A DNA stretch of 20,000 nt from an uncultured virus (IMG/VR IMGVR_UViG_3300037067_014663) (Duplodnaviria; Heunggongvirae; Uroviricota; Caudoviricetes). The notes under the pieces are model-generated. The model saw nothing but the letters and a program-made list of their open reading frames with translations. It had not been told where the DNA came from and searched no databases. The stretch is from IMG/VR virus record IMGVR_UViG_3300037067_014663; one strand, given 5' to 3'. Positions 7,499 through 16,520 of this stretch are shown piece by piece; position 1 is the first letter of the stretch; each line of letters begins with the position of its first letter. Both the position numbers and the translations under genes were made by a program.

Positions 7499-7592
7499 CT
7501 TTTTAAAATATAGAATTATGGAGTAACGGGTGTCCTTTAACTGGAGAACTCCTTCCAAAAGGAACTGTCATTAAACTTAAAGTAAAATAATT

Positions 7593-8114
7593 ATGAGCTA
7601 CGAAAAAAACATTGAAATCAATTTAAATTATGCAAAAGATGTAGAAATCGATTGTGACCAATTAGATTTGGAATTGTTGGAACAGGCAGCATTATTTATG
7701 AAATATGGTATGAATGCTGCCAGACAACGAAAATATTTAGATATAGTAAAAGAAAAATTGGATTTGGTGAAAGCTGAATTGGATCAAAAAATTAGAACAT
7801 TTCCATCAAATTACAAAATTGACAAAGTTACAGAAGCTGTTGTTAGTTCTACAATTATTCAACAGGATGAATTTAAAGAAGCAAATAAAGAATATATAGA
7901 GGCAAAGTATACACTGGATGTTGCACAAGTTGCTGTTTCCGCAATGAACCAACGCAAAAGCGTTTTGGAGGATCTCGTTAAACTTCATGGGATGCAATAT
8001 TTTGCTGGACCAAGAATACCAAGAGATCTCCGTCAAAAGAGAGAAGAACGGGAAGCACAACAAAAAGAAACAGGAGAAAAAGTAGGTGCATCACTCAAAA
8101 GAAAAACCAGATGA
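7593..8114 (+). CDS. putative UvsY-like recombination mediator (helical)
   Basis: 173 aa helical protein (DVEID..LDLELLEQAALFMKYG; TEAVVSSTI) upstream of the gp32-like and RecA-like genes. Confidence 0.5.
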   Translation: MSYEKNIEINLNYAKDVEIDCDQLDLELLEQAALFMKYGMNAARQRKYLDIVKEKLDLVKAELDQKIRTFPSNYKIDKVTEAVVSSTIIQQDEFKEANKEYIEAKYTLDVAQVAVSAMNQRKSVLEDLVKLHGMQYFAGPRIPRDLRQKREEREAQQKETGEKVGASLKRKTR

Positions 8115-8284
8115 CATATATCTATTGTTTAATACTTGCAATAGTTACAGTTATTTTTGTTTATGTACTATCAAGAATACAGGCTATTGCATGGTTGCAC
8201 TCGTTAGAAAAATTTTTAAATAACAAACACAATAATATCTTAAAAACTGAAGAAAATGAGCAAAAACAATCAAAGAACAACTAA
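8111..8284 (+). CDS. small membrane protein (57 aa)
   Basis: MTYIYCLILAIVTVIFVYVLSRIQAIAW...; ATGA overlap with the upstream stop. Confidence 0.55.
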   Translation: MTYIYCLILAIVTVIFVYVLSRIQAIAWLHSLEKFLNNKHNNILKTEENEQKQSKNN

Positions 8285-9614
8285 TTTTAGTGATAAAATT
8301 AGAAATCAAGTTGATGATCACAAAGCACAGGATAGCAAAAGTTATGGCTATCTTAAACTACCTAAAGGCATTCAAGTGTATTCCGTAGATATCCCAAAAA
8401 AGTTGAATCTGTTAAAAGTTAAATTTGACATCATCCCATATCTTATAAGTGATGCAAAACATATTGATGCTAAATTAGGTGCAGAAATTGGAGAACCTTG
8501 GTGGAGAAGGCCGATTCGGATTCACAAACATATTGGTGTTGATGATGATTCTGTAATTTGTTTATCAACTATTGGAAAGAAATGTCCTATTTGTGAATAT
8601 CAGAAAGAATTAATTGCAAATAAGGCAAGCAAAGAAGATATAAAAGCATTAAATTATTCCAAACGTAGTATTTACCTTGTTTGGCCGAAGGATGATGGGG
8701 ACTTTGATGATGAAGTTCATATTTTTGACATTTCTGATTTCTGTTTTTATGATCCACTTATGGTTGATGCAGAAGAAATGAACGAATACAATTTTCCTTC
8801 ATTATCTGATGGAAAGACTTTACAAGTTCGGTTTGAAAAAGAAACATTTGCCGGAAATGAATTTCCAAAAGCAACTCGCATAAGTTTCATAGAAAGAGAC
8901 GAACAGTATAAAGAATCTATTTTAGAAGAAGTTCCTTGCCTTGATGGGATTTTGAACATCCTTTCTTATGATGAACTAAATGCAAAATTTCTTGCTATAG
9001 GTGATGAAGATACAGAAGAAAAAAGAAAAGTCAAAGATGATGATGAGAAACCTCGTAGCAGGAAATCAGTTTTAACAAAAAGCAAAGAAAAAGAAGAACT
9101 GGAAATAACTTGGGCACAAATTGATGGTAAATCTAATAGAAGTTTGTGTTCTTTAATTATTCAGGAAAATATTGATCTTAATCCTGACAAATTTGATGAT
9201 GATAACGAACTTAAAATAGCTATAGCCGAGAAATTAGGTATTAAAGTTCCTACTGCAAAACCAAAGAAAGAGGAAGAAGAAACTGAAAAAGTTACCTGGG
9301 AATCTCTTACAAAATTGGAAGGACGTAGATTGTCACGTGTTGTCAAAATGAATAATTTAGATATTACGATCAGTGATTTTGAAGATGATGATCCCGGACT
9401 GCGTGAAGCCATTGCAAAAGAAATGGATATTGAAATTCCTAAAGCAAAAAAAGAAACTGAGGGCAAAAAAAGAAATAGTAAGGAATCTTCCAAAGAAAAT
9501 CCATGCCCAAACGGGTTTGTGTATGGAAAGGACAATGATAAATACAATGAATGTGAAGAATGTGTTGTTTGGAAAGCATGTCTCACTGAGAATGAAAAAC
9601 TAAAAGGAAAATAA
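8256..9614 (+). CDS. T4 gp32-like single-stranded DNA-binding protein with an extended C-terminus
   Basis: IHKHIG..VICLSTIGKKCPICEY Zn motif, GKTLQVRF, acidic/Lys-rich linker, two internal repeats and a terminal Cys cluster. Confidence 0.7.
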   Translation: MSKNNQRTTNFSDKIRNQVDDHKAQDSKSYGYLKLPKGIQVYSVDIPKKLNLLKVKFDIIPYLISDAKHIDAKLGAEIGEPWWRRPIRIHKHIGVDDDSVICLSTIGKKCPICEYQKELIANKASKEDIKALNYSKRSIYLVWPKDDGDFDDEVHIFDISDFCFYDPLMVDAEEMNEYNFPSLSDGKTLQVRFEKETFAGNEFPKATRISFIERDEQYKESILEEVPCLDGILNILSYDELNAKFLAIGDEDTEEKRKVKDDDEKPRSRKSVLTKSKEKEELEITWAQIDGKSNRSLCSLIIQENIDLNPDKFDDDNELKIAIAEKLGIKVPTAKPKKEEEETEKVTWESLTKLEGRRLSRVVKMNNLDITISDFEDDDPGLREAIAKEMDIEIPKAKKETEGKKRNSKESSKENPCPNGFVYGKDNDKYNECEECVVWKACLTENEKLKGK

Positions 9615-9977
9615 ATGGGTATTCTGAAATCATCAAGTGTTATTGATAAAACAGATGCACAAAGAGTAGTAGGTGTGGTATTACCAGAGAGAATATCCAC
9701 CTACTTCTCTCTTTTTGTCACTGCAAAAGGATGCACCAAAGCAACGATATTCAGGGAATTAATGCAAAAGTGGTGGGACCACAAAACGGTTAAAGAACCT
9801 GAAAATAAGTTGTTGGAAACCCTGTTTAATAAAATCCAAAAGGAATGGTCTTCTATAAAATTAAAAGTCCCAGAAAAAAATATTGAGGATTTTCGTTCGG
9901 AACTACAACAGGAACTTCAAAAAAAAGGATTGAAAGAAATTCACATAAAGACTATTTTAAATAAACTTAAAGAGTAA
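9615..9977 (+). CDS. hypothetical protein (possible ribbon-helix-helix-like N-terminus)
   Basis: 120 aa, tightly coupled to its neighbours; VVGVVLPE..helix..TKATIFRELM. Confidence 0.7.
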   Translation: MGILKSSSVIDKTDAQRVVGVVLPERISTYFSLFVTAKGCTKATIFRELMQKWWDHKTVKEPENKLLETLFNKIQKEWSSIKLKVPEKNIEDFRSELQQELQKKGLKEIHIKTILNKLKE

Positions 9978-11032
9978 TGGAACGAAAAAATAAAGAACCA
10001 CTTGCTACACAAATGAAAAAACATGTAAACTCACCAAAAAAGAAAGATGATGATTACGTTCCTTATGAAGGTAATTTTAATACAGTAACCAGCACAGGCT
10101 CTACTTTAGTTAATTTAGCAATATCTGGAAAACGTATAAGGGGAGGAGGATTGCCCGGAGGCACCGTAGTTGTGGTTTCTGGTCCATCACAATCAGGAAA
10201 AACGGCCTTTCTCAGTGAAATTGCAGGAAACATAAAACAAGGTGGTGGTGAAAATCAATTTCATGATCCTGAAGGAAGATTAGATCAAGAATTTGCTCGA
10301 ATATTTGGAATGGAATTAGATAAAGAAAATTATCATCAACCGGATACCATAACAGGATTATTTGAGATAGCAAGATTATGGAAACCAAAAAAAACAATTA
10401 CGACCATTAATGGAATTTTTGGGGATTCATTAGCTGCATTATCTACAAAATTAGAAATGGAAAGTGAAGATGGGGATAAAATGGGTGGTCGCAGGGCTAA
10501 AGAATTTTCAGAACAATTCAGAAAATTTTGCAGACAAATTAAACAATTAAATTATCTTATGGTGTGTAGCAATCAACTTAGGGAAAATATGGATGGGAAT
10601 AAATATTCCCCAAAATACACAGAACCAGGAGGACAAGCTTTAAAATTTTATCCCAGCGTACGATTGCGTTTCGGAGCCCCAAAAAATATTCCAAAAAAGA
10701 TCACATTTAAGGGAAAAGAAATTGAAAAAATAATTGGTATTGAAACGGAAGTACAAGCAATTAAAACAGTTGATGATCCATACAGAAAAGCCCCTTTATT
10801 TATAATTTATGGGTACGGCATTGATGACATTCGTGCTAATTTACAGTACATAAAAACATATAAAGGATTGTCTATTTACACTGTAAATGGAACAAAATTA
10901 GATATTTCTATGGAAGAATCAATAAAAATAGTGGAACAAAATAATCTTATTAATGAATTAAAAGAAGAAACGATAGACCTTTGGGAGGAAATCGAATCTA
11001 AATTTGTTAGTGAACGTAAACCTAAACGATAA
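9977..11032 (+). CDS. recA: RecA/UvsX-like recombinase
   Basis: STGSTLVNLAI..GGGLPGG, Walker A GPSQSGKT, DPEGRLD, DSLAAL, NQLR, PGGQALKFYPSVRL. Confidence 0.93.
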   Translation: MERKNKEPLATQMKKHVNSPKKKDDDYVPYEGNFNTVTSTGSTLVNLAISGKRIRGGGLPGGTVVVVSGPSQSGKTAFLSEIAGNIKQGGGENQFHDPEGRLDQEFARIFGMELDKENYHQPDTITGLFEIARLWKPKKTITTINGIFGDSLAALSTKLEMESEDGDKMGGRRAKEFSEQFRKFCRQIKQLNYLMVCSNQLRENMDGNKYSPKYTEPGGQALKFYPSVRLRFGAPKNIPKKITFKGKEIEKIIGIETEVQAIKTVDDPYRKAPLFIIYGYGIDDIRANLQYIKTYKGLSIYTVNGTKLDISMEESIKIVEQNNLINELKEETIDLWEEIESKFVSERKPKR

Positions 11033-11036
11033 ATAC

Positions 11037-11255
11037 ATGCTAAAAAAAGTTATAATATTTTTAAATAAAATGGATGGTATTTATCCACTTAGTTCAATTG
11101 AAAGGCGAAAACAAAATATTCAATTTTTATTTGAGCACACAATTCAATGGATGCCAACAATTGTTCAAATGTACGATACAAATTATGCCCAATTGAAAGA
11201 TCATAAAAAAGCAAGAGATAAAACATTTGAAGATTTACAAATATTAGAAAATTAA
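11037..11255 (+). CDS. hypothetical protein
   Basis: ATG at 11037 fills the gap between recA and the ruvC-like gene. Confidence 0.55.
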   Translation: MLKKVIIFLNKMDGIYPLSSIERRKQNIQFLFEHTIQWMPTIVQMYDTNYAQLKDHKKARDKTFEDLQILEN

Positions 11256-11260
11256 ATCCG

Positions 11261-11794
11261 ATGAAAAGAAAAGACAAATCTTTGATTAATGTTAAACTTC
11301 TTGATAATACTAAAGGATATAAAGAATATATATCTAAATTCAGAATAAAAATATTAGCCCTTGATCCGGCAACGCATTGTGGGTATGCCATTAGTAGAGA
11401 ATTGTATGGTGTTTGGGATTTAACACCAAAACGGGATGAGAGTGCTGGAATGCGTTTAATCCGATTCCGTTCTAAATTAATTGAAATAATTCAATCTGAA
11501 AAAATAAATTTAGTTGCATTTGAGCGTCCCGGTGGAAGGCACGTAGGGGCTGTTATTGTTCAATCGGAATTACAAGGACAAATAAAAATAATATGTGAAG
11601 ATTCTCATATTGAATATCGTGGATATTCTTCTCAAGAAATAAAGAAGTTTGCTACAGGAAAAGGAAATTGTGGAAAACCTGCTATGATTGAAGCAGCACA
11701 AAAAAAATTAGGTTATACCGGCGAAAATGATAACGAAGCAGATGCCTTATGGCTTTTAGAATTAGCTAAAAATGATTATGCAACCAATAATTGA
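11261..11794 (+). CDS. ruvC: RuvC-like Holliday junction resolvase
   Basis: ILALDPATHCGYA, VAFE, IKKFATGKGN..KPAMI and DNEADA catalytic motifs. Confidence 0.88.
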   Translation: MKRKDKSLINVKLLDNTKGYKEYISKFRIKILALDPATHCGYAISRELYGVWDLTPKRDESAGMRLIRFRSKLIEIIQSEKINLVAFERPGGRHVGAVIVQSELQGQIKIICEDSHIEYRGYSSQEIKKFATGKGNCGKPAMIEAAQKKLGYTGENDNEADALWLLELAKNDYATNN

Positions 11795-11985
11795 TAAATT
11801 ATGTACGTAATTGGCTTAGTATTTTGTATTATTGCTTGTTTAGGATTTATATGTTGGTGTATATATTTAATGTTTTTTGAAGGAAACAATAATAAATATC
11901 TTGAATAATGCGTACAAGAAGGGAACAAAGTTAGAATCGTGGCAAAACGAGACTATATTAAATTGTAAAACAAAAATAAAGAACC

Positions 11986-13071
11986 ATGTTGAAATCACTT
12001 TCAATAAAAAATTTTCAAAGCTGGAAAGATGCTCAATTTGATTTTCATCCGGGAGTCAATGTTATTATTGGTTTCTCTGATGCCGGAAAAAGTGCAATCA
12101 TTCGTGCCTTACGTTGGCTTATCTGGAATCGTCCTTTAGGTAGTGAATTTCAATCTAATTGGGGTGGAGAAACTGTTGTCGATTTAACCACAACAGAAGG
12201 GGTCACTATTTCCAGAAGTCAGGATAAAAATGGCAATGAAAAAACGTATACACTCAGCACATTTGATAAACCATTAAAAGCATTTGGTACGGATGTTCCT
12301 AAAGAAGTTTCTGATGTTTTAAGTATAAATGATATTAATCTTCATCAACAACAGGATAGTTTTTTCCTTTTAAAAGATACTTCAGGTGATGTTGCTGCAC
12401 ATTTCAATAAAATTGCAAACCTTGAAAAAATAGGGATTGCTCAGTCCAATGTTAAAAAATGGATTGGGGAAATTACTTCTGAAATAGGACATGAAGAAAC
12501 AAAAGATAGACCAGCAACAGGTTTAATTAAATCCATTAAAGAAAAGAAACAAGAATTGCTAAAATATGACCACCTTGAAACGTTTGAATCCAAAGTAAAG
12601 GTATTAGAAGATTTAGAATCAAAATTGAACCTTGAGCATAAAAACAAACAAGAATTACAAAATATTGTTGATAATATCATTGAATTGAGATCCGAAATTA
12701 AACAAGAAAAAGAAATACTTAAAATTGAACCTACCTTAATCCAAGTATTTAATTTAATTGAAAAACGAAATGCGGAAACAAAAGATTTAAATGCATTAAT
12801 TAAATTAGTGTGTATAATTGAAGAAAGTAAAACAGAAATTGAAGAACTCAAAAGTATTATTTCTGCTGATACGATTATTGATAATCTAATCCAATTATAT
12901 CAGAAAAAAGATAAAGAAGAAAAAGAACATTATCAATTAAATAAATTAGTAGTAAATATTAATAATGGTAAAAAATTAGTAAAAATGGCAGAACAGGAAT
13001 ACAATAGGTTGCATAAAGAATTTGAAAAGGAATTTCCTGACATTTGCCCACTTTGCAATAAACCAAAATAA
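11986..13071 (+). CDS. SbcC/Rad50-like ATPase, N-terminal half (Walker A, coiled coil, Zn hook)
   Basis: LSIKNFQSW..GVNVIIGFSDAGKSAIIRAL, Q-loop HQQQD, terminal CPLC. No signature motif or Walker B. Confidence 0.9.
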   Translation: MLKSLSIKNFQSWKDAQFDFHPGVNVIIGFSDAGKSAIIRALRWLIWNRPLGSEFQSNWGGETVVDLTTTEGVTISRSQDKNGNEKTYTLSTFDKPLKAFGTDVPKEVSDVLSINDINLHQQQDSFFLLKDTSGDVAAHFNKIANLEKIGIAQSNVKKWIGEITSEIGHEETKDRPATGLIKSIKEKKQELLKYDHLETFESKVKVLEDLESKLNLEHKNKQELQNIVDNIIELRSEIKQEKEILKIEPTLIQVFNLIEKRNAETKDLNALIKLVCIIEESKTEIEELKSIISADTIIDNLIQLYQKKDKEEKEHYQLNKLVVNINNGKKLVKMAEQEYNRLHKEFEKEFPDICPLCNKPK

Positions 13072-13774
13072 ACAAAAATGGAAAATCAATATTTTTATAT
13101 TTCTGTGCATTATTTAGAAGGAAACAAGGAATTGGTGGGCATATTTGGTATGAAGACGAAAATGGTAATTTACAAAAAGAAATATGAAAACGTATTTAAT
13201 TCCAATTAAGTTAAAATCAATAAGGAAAAATCCGAATGCGGGGAGTGAACAAACAATTATTCAAAGAACACCCACAATTCGTTTTTCTTTTAATGGTTTA
13301 AAATTACCCGAATGTTTAAAAGATAATGAAAATTGTTTTATTACAGAAAAGAATATGGATATTGCATCTAAACAAGTACACATAGAAGGAATATTGAAGT
13401 ATCCATTACATTCAGATTTATTAGAACAATTATGGGGAGTGGATATAATAATTAGCCAAGAAAATAATTCTACAATTATAACTCATTTTCCTGAACCGGA
13501 TTATTTTTATAAATACGAAATAATTGAAGTAAAATGTAATAATTGTAAACAAAAATTTAAAAGCAATGAATTTCAGTCATTAGATAACGATAACGATGAT
13601 TGTTTTGCTTCAACAGAAACAGGGTGTCCAAAATGTGGTGAATGGGATTGCTGCTCTGTTAAATATGAAAAAATTGAAGACGCATTAAAAATAGCAGAAG
13701 AGGAATACGACAGATTACATAAATAATTTGAAAAGGAATTTCCTGACGTTTGTCCACTTTGTAACAAACCAAAA
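12982..13774 (+). repeat. 87-bp diverged direct repeat (12982-13068 and 13688-13774)
   Basis: 76/87 identical by manual count. Both copies encode the ...EKEFPDxCPLCNKPK hook; copy 2 has a GAA>TAA change. Confidence 0.9.
13184..13726 (+). CDS. hypothetical Zn-ribbon protein between the direct repeats
   Basis: CNNC..CPKC. Its C-terminus is supplied by repeat copy 2. Confidence 0.7.
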   Translation: MKTYLIPIKLKSIRKNPNAGSEQTIIQRTPTIRFSFNGLKLPECLKDNENCFITEKNMDIASKQVHIEGILKYPLHSDLLEQLWGVDIIISQENNSTIITHFPEPDYFYKYEIIEVKCNNCKQKFKSNEFQSLDNDNDDCFASTETGCPKCGEWDCCSVKYEKIEDALKIAEEEYDRLHK

Positions 13775-13784
13775 CAATTAAATT

Positions 13785-13895
13785 ATGAGTGATCCATTTT
13801 ATCCTTGTGAAAGAGGAACAATTATAGATATTATATGCTTTATTTTCATAATAATTATTGTGATTCTAAGCATTGTTGATTTTATGTGGTTTTAA
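13785..13895 (+). CDS. small membrane protein, DPFYPCER paralog 1 (36 aa)
   Basis: MSDPFYPCERGTIIDIICFIFIIIIVILSIVDFMWF*. Confidence 0.6.
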   Translation: MSDPFYPCERGTIIDIICFIFIIIIVILSIVDFMWF

Positions 13896-13911
13896 ACTAA
13901 AATAAATAATT

Positions 13912-14088
13912 ATGAAAACATTATTAATTATATTAGAAATAATTGTAAGTTGTCTTACAGGTTATGCAGGATTTCAAATTAATATCATTATAGGATTTGG
14001 TGCAAGTATTTTTATGTTTGTTGGATATGTGTATTTAAATTATATTTTATTTATAAAAAATTCTGAAAATGCAAAGAAAACAAAATAA
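13912..14088 (+). CDS. small two-TM membrane protein (58 aa)
   Basis: MKTLLIILEIIVSCLTGYAG..IIIGFGASIFMFVGYVYLNYILF..NAKKTK*. Confidence 0.6.
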   Translation: MKTLLIILEIIVSCLTGYAGFQINIIIGFGASIFMFVGYVYLNYILFIKNSENAKKTK

Positions 14089-14097
14089 AAAATTATT

Positions 14098-14217
14098 ATG
14101 TTAAATGATCCTTTTTATCCTTGTGAAAGAGAAACAATTGTAGATTTAATATTTATATTTTTAATTATACTTTTGTTTATTTTATCAATTATTAATAATT
14201 TAATTTTATATAAATAA
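14098..14217 (+). CDS. small membrane protein, DPFYPCER paralog 2 (39 aa)
   Basis: MLNDPFYPCERETIVDLIFIFLIILLFILSIINNLILYK*. Confidence 0.6.
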   Translation: MLNDPFYPCERETIVDLIFIFLIILLFILSIINNLILYK

Positions 14218-14221
14218 AATT

Positions 14222-14431
14222 ATGAACGATGAAATATTAATGGTAATTGCAAAATATTTTTCTTTTAAATTTGAAGTAATAAAGGAAGTATACGCAGAAT
14301 GCAAATCATTTGATGCAACAATGCGTTATTGTGAAGTTAGCAAAGAATACAATATTTCTCCTTTTACTTTATGTTCTATGGTACTTGATTTGAAAGAATT
14401 GAAAAGATATTATGCAAAGAAAACAAAATAG
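14222..14431 (+). CDS. hypothetical protein
   Basis: 69 aa, ATTATG start, overlaps the start of the next gene. Confidence 0.6.
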   Translation: MNDEILMVIAKYFSFKFEVIKEVYAECKSFDATMRYCEVSKEYNISPFTLCSMVLDLKELKRYYAKKTK

Positions 14432-15425
14432 AGAGTATAATTGTCCTTGTTTAGATATTGCAGGACAATTAAATTACACAAGAGAAGGAATCCCAATTGA
14501 AGATTGCCAAACTTGTCATGGAACTGGATTTATTCCAAATAAACCAAATTTAATCCTTTGCAGTGATCTGCATTTGCGAGAGGACACACCTACTTGTTAT
14601 ATAGGAGATTTTCAAAAGGAACAATGGGATTCTCTTGATTTTATAAGAGAATTACAAAAAGAATATGATTGTCCTGTTCTATGCGCAGGAGATATGTTTC
14701 ATCATTGGAAACCAAGTCCTTTTTTATTATCACAAACAATAGAACATTTACCAGATGATTTTTGGGTCGTTTACGGCCAGCATGATCTCCCGAACCACAA
14801 TCTTGAACTTTCATGCAAAAGTGGCATATTCACTTTAAATAGGGCAGGAAAACTCAGAATACTCCCACAAGGACATTGGGGTAAAAATGACGCAATACAT
14901 GGTAATTGGACGATAAATGGAAAAAATATTTACGTTTGGCATATTACAACATATCAAAATAACTTACCCTGGCCCGGATGTACAGCATCATCTGCCAAAC
15001 AACTTCTTAAAAAATATTTCAATTGTGATTTATTTTTGACAGGTGATAACCATCAACCTTTTATAGAAGAATATGAAGGAAGATTGCTTGTTAATCCCGG
15101 ATCAATGACTCGTCAAGATGCAGATCAATTAAATCACAGACCACGAGTTTATCTTTGGTATGCTAAAACAAATACAGTAGAACCGGTTTACCTTCCAATA
15201 GTTCCGGGGAATGATGTAATCTCTCGTGAACACATTGAAGTAGTAAAACAACGAAATGAACGATTAGATGCATTTATTGCTCAATTAAATTTTTTAGGTA
15301 TAGAGAAACCAAAAGGATCAGAAGGAGGGGCAACATTTGAAGAAAATTTAAAAATGTTTGAAAATACAAACCAAGTAAGATCAACAGTGATGCAAATTGT
15401 GTATAAAGCAATGGAGGAAGTATAA
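14412..15425 (+). CDS. SbcD/Mre11-like metallophosphoesterase nuclease
   Basis: SDLH, AGDMF, YGQHD, GDNH, NPGS motifs, plus an extra N-terminal CPC..CQTCHGTG. Confidence 0.9.
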   Translation: MQRKQNREYNCPCLDIAGQLNYTREGIPIEDCQTCHGTGFIPNKPNLILCSDLHLREDTPTCYIGDFQKEQWDSLDFIRELQKEYDCPVLCAGDMFHHWKPSPFLLSQTIEHLPDDFWVVYGQHDLPNHNLELSCKSGIFTLNRAGKLRILPQGHWGKNDAIHGNWTINGKNIYVWHITTYQNNLPWPGCTASSAKQLLKKYFNCDLFLTGDNHQPFIEEYEGRLLVNPGSMTRQDADQLNHRPRVYLWYAKTNTVEPVYLPIVPGNDVISREHIEVVKQRNERLDAFIAQLNFLGIEKPKGSEGGATFEENLKMFENTNQVRSTVMQIVYKAMEEV

Positions 15426-15617
15426 AACTAAGCAAAGAAACAAAAGAGAAGATAAAAAATTTACTGAATAGAGTAATTGCAATGAAGAAAGAAACGGAAG
15501 AATTAGAATTGACAATCTTTGATGAAGAAGAAAAAAACTCTAAAAATCCTACTTATGAATGGTCAAGTAGGTTATCTAAAACTTCAAATATACTCAAAGA
15601 TGCAATTAGTGAATTAG

Positions 15618-15875
15618 ATGGAAGTAGTTATTATATATTATACTAACAAAATGAAAAAGAATTCAGGATTTATTTACCAATGGACGGATAAAAATGGCAA
15701 CATTCAAATAGGTATTGCATACCATATAGAACAAAAACCAGCGTTTTCAAATTATAAAAAAGTGTTTTTACGAATGGTCGATCCTTTATTCCAACCATTG
15801 TTAGATGCAAATGGCAAAAAATTAATTGCATTGAAGCATATTACAGAGTTAACAATGATTGGATGTATCGATTAA
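15618..15875 (+). CDS. hypothetical protein
   Basis: ORF in a dense co-oriented cluster. The start could be 15651. Confidence 0.6.
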   Translation: MEVVIIYYTNKMKKNSGFIYQWTDKNGNIQIGIAYHIEQKPAFSNYKKVFLRMVDPLFQPLLDANGKKLIALKHITELTMIGCID

Positions 15876-16139
15876 ATGTATTATAAAATGAAAATAGAAT
15901 TCACAAAAGCAGAAATAAATCATTTACTTGGCCTTGTTTCGTTTAATGAAGCAACTGGGGAATACTGTGGCAACCGCAAACAATATTATAAACGATCAAT
16001 AGCTATTAAAAATAAATTATCTCCACCAATCCCGGATAAAAAGCATTGCATTATTTGTGGTTGCAATCTACCGGATGAATTTTTAATAAACACTTGTTAT
16101 GGATGTAAATATTTAAATGATATTAAAGATGACAGATAA
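15876..16139 (+). CDS. hypothetical protein with C-terminal CxxC..CxxC
   Basis: CIICG..CYGC. Confidence 0.6.
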   Translation: MYYKMKIEFTKAEINHLLGLVSFNEATGEYCGNRKQYYKRSIAIKNKLSPPIPDKKHCIICGCNLPDEFLINTCYGCKYLNDIKDDR

Positions 16140-16320
16140 CGACACAATGCCTTTTGGCAAGTACAAAGGCGAAAAGATGGCGAATATTCCAGCAGATTAT
16201 CTCGTTTGGCTTTACGAAAATGGAAAATGCTTTGGTGAAGTCAAAAATTATCTTGATGAGAATATTGATGATTTGGTTGCAGAAATTGCATTAAATAAAA
16301 AAATGAGAGGGGATAAATAA
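16129..16320 (+). CDS. DUF3820/QSregVF_b-like small protein
   Basis: MPFGKYKGEKMANIPADYLVWL signature. Confidence 0.85.
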   Translation: MTDNDTMPFGKYKGEKMANIPADYLVWLYENGKCFGEVKNYLDENIDDLVAEIALNKKMRGDK

Positions 16321-16520
16321 TGAAGGAAAAAATAAAACGACCAGTAGAATATATATTAGCAGATGATCCAACAGAAGAACCCACACCAGAAGATAGAGAA
16401 AAAGCTCAATTTTGGTTGTTCAATGTTCTTCCAAAAAAATATGGTAAAAGAATAAAAACAATACATACGCGTATGACAGAAAAAGAAATGAATAAACGTA
16501 CTTCAAAAGACAAATTATGA
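16320..16520 (+). CDS. hypothetical protein
   Basis: 66 aa, translationally coupled on both sides. Confidence 0.6.
   Translation: MKEKIKRPVEYILADDPTEEPTPEDREKAQFWLFNVLPKKYGKRIKTIHTRMTEKEMNKRTSKDKL

Noticed and set aside
7515..7570. tRNA or riboswitch in the GC-richer patch after the putative ncRNA
   Set aside because: Only short stems are present (GGAGT/ACTCC, TTCC/GGAA), with no cloverleaf or recognisable aptamer.
12982..13774. DGR template/variable repeat pair
   Set aside because: Mismatches are not adenine-specific (C/T, C/G and G/T are present) and there is no reverse transcriptase in the window.
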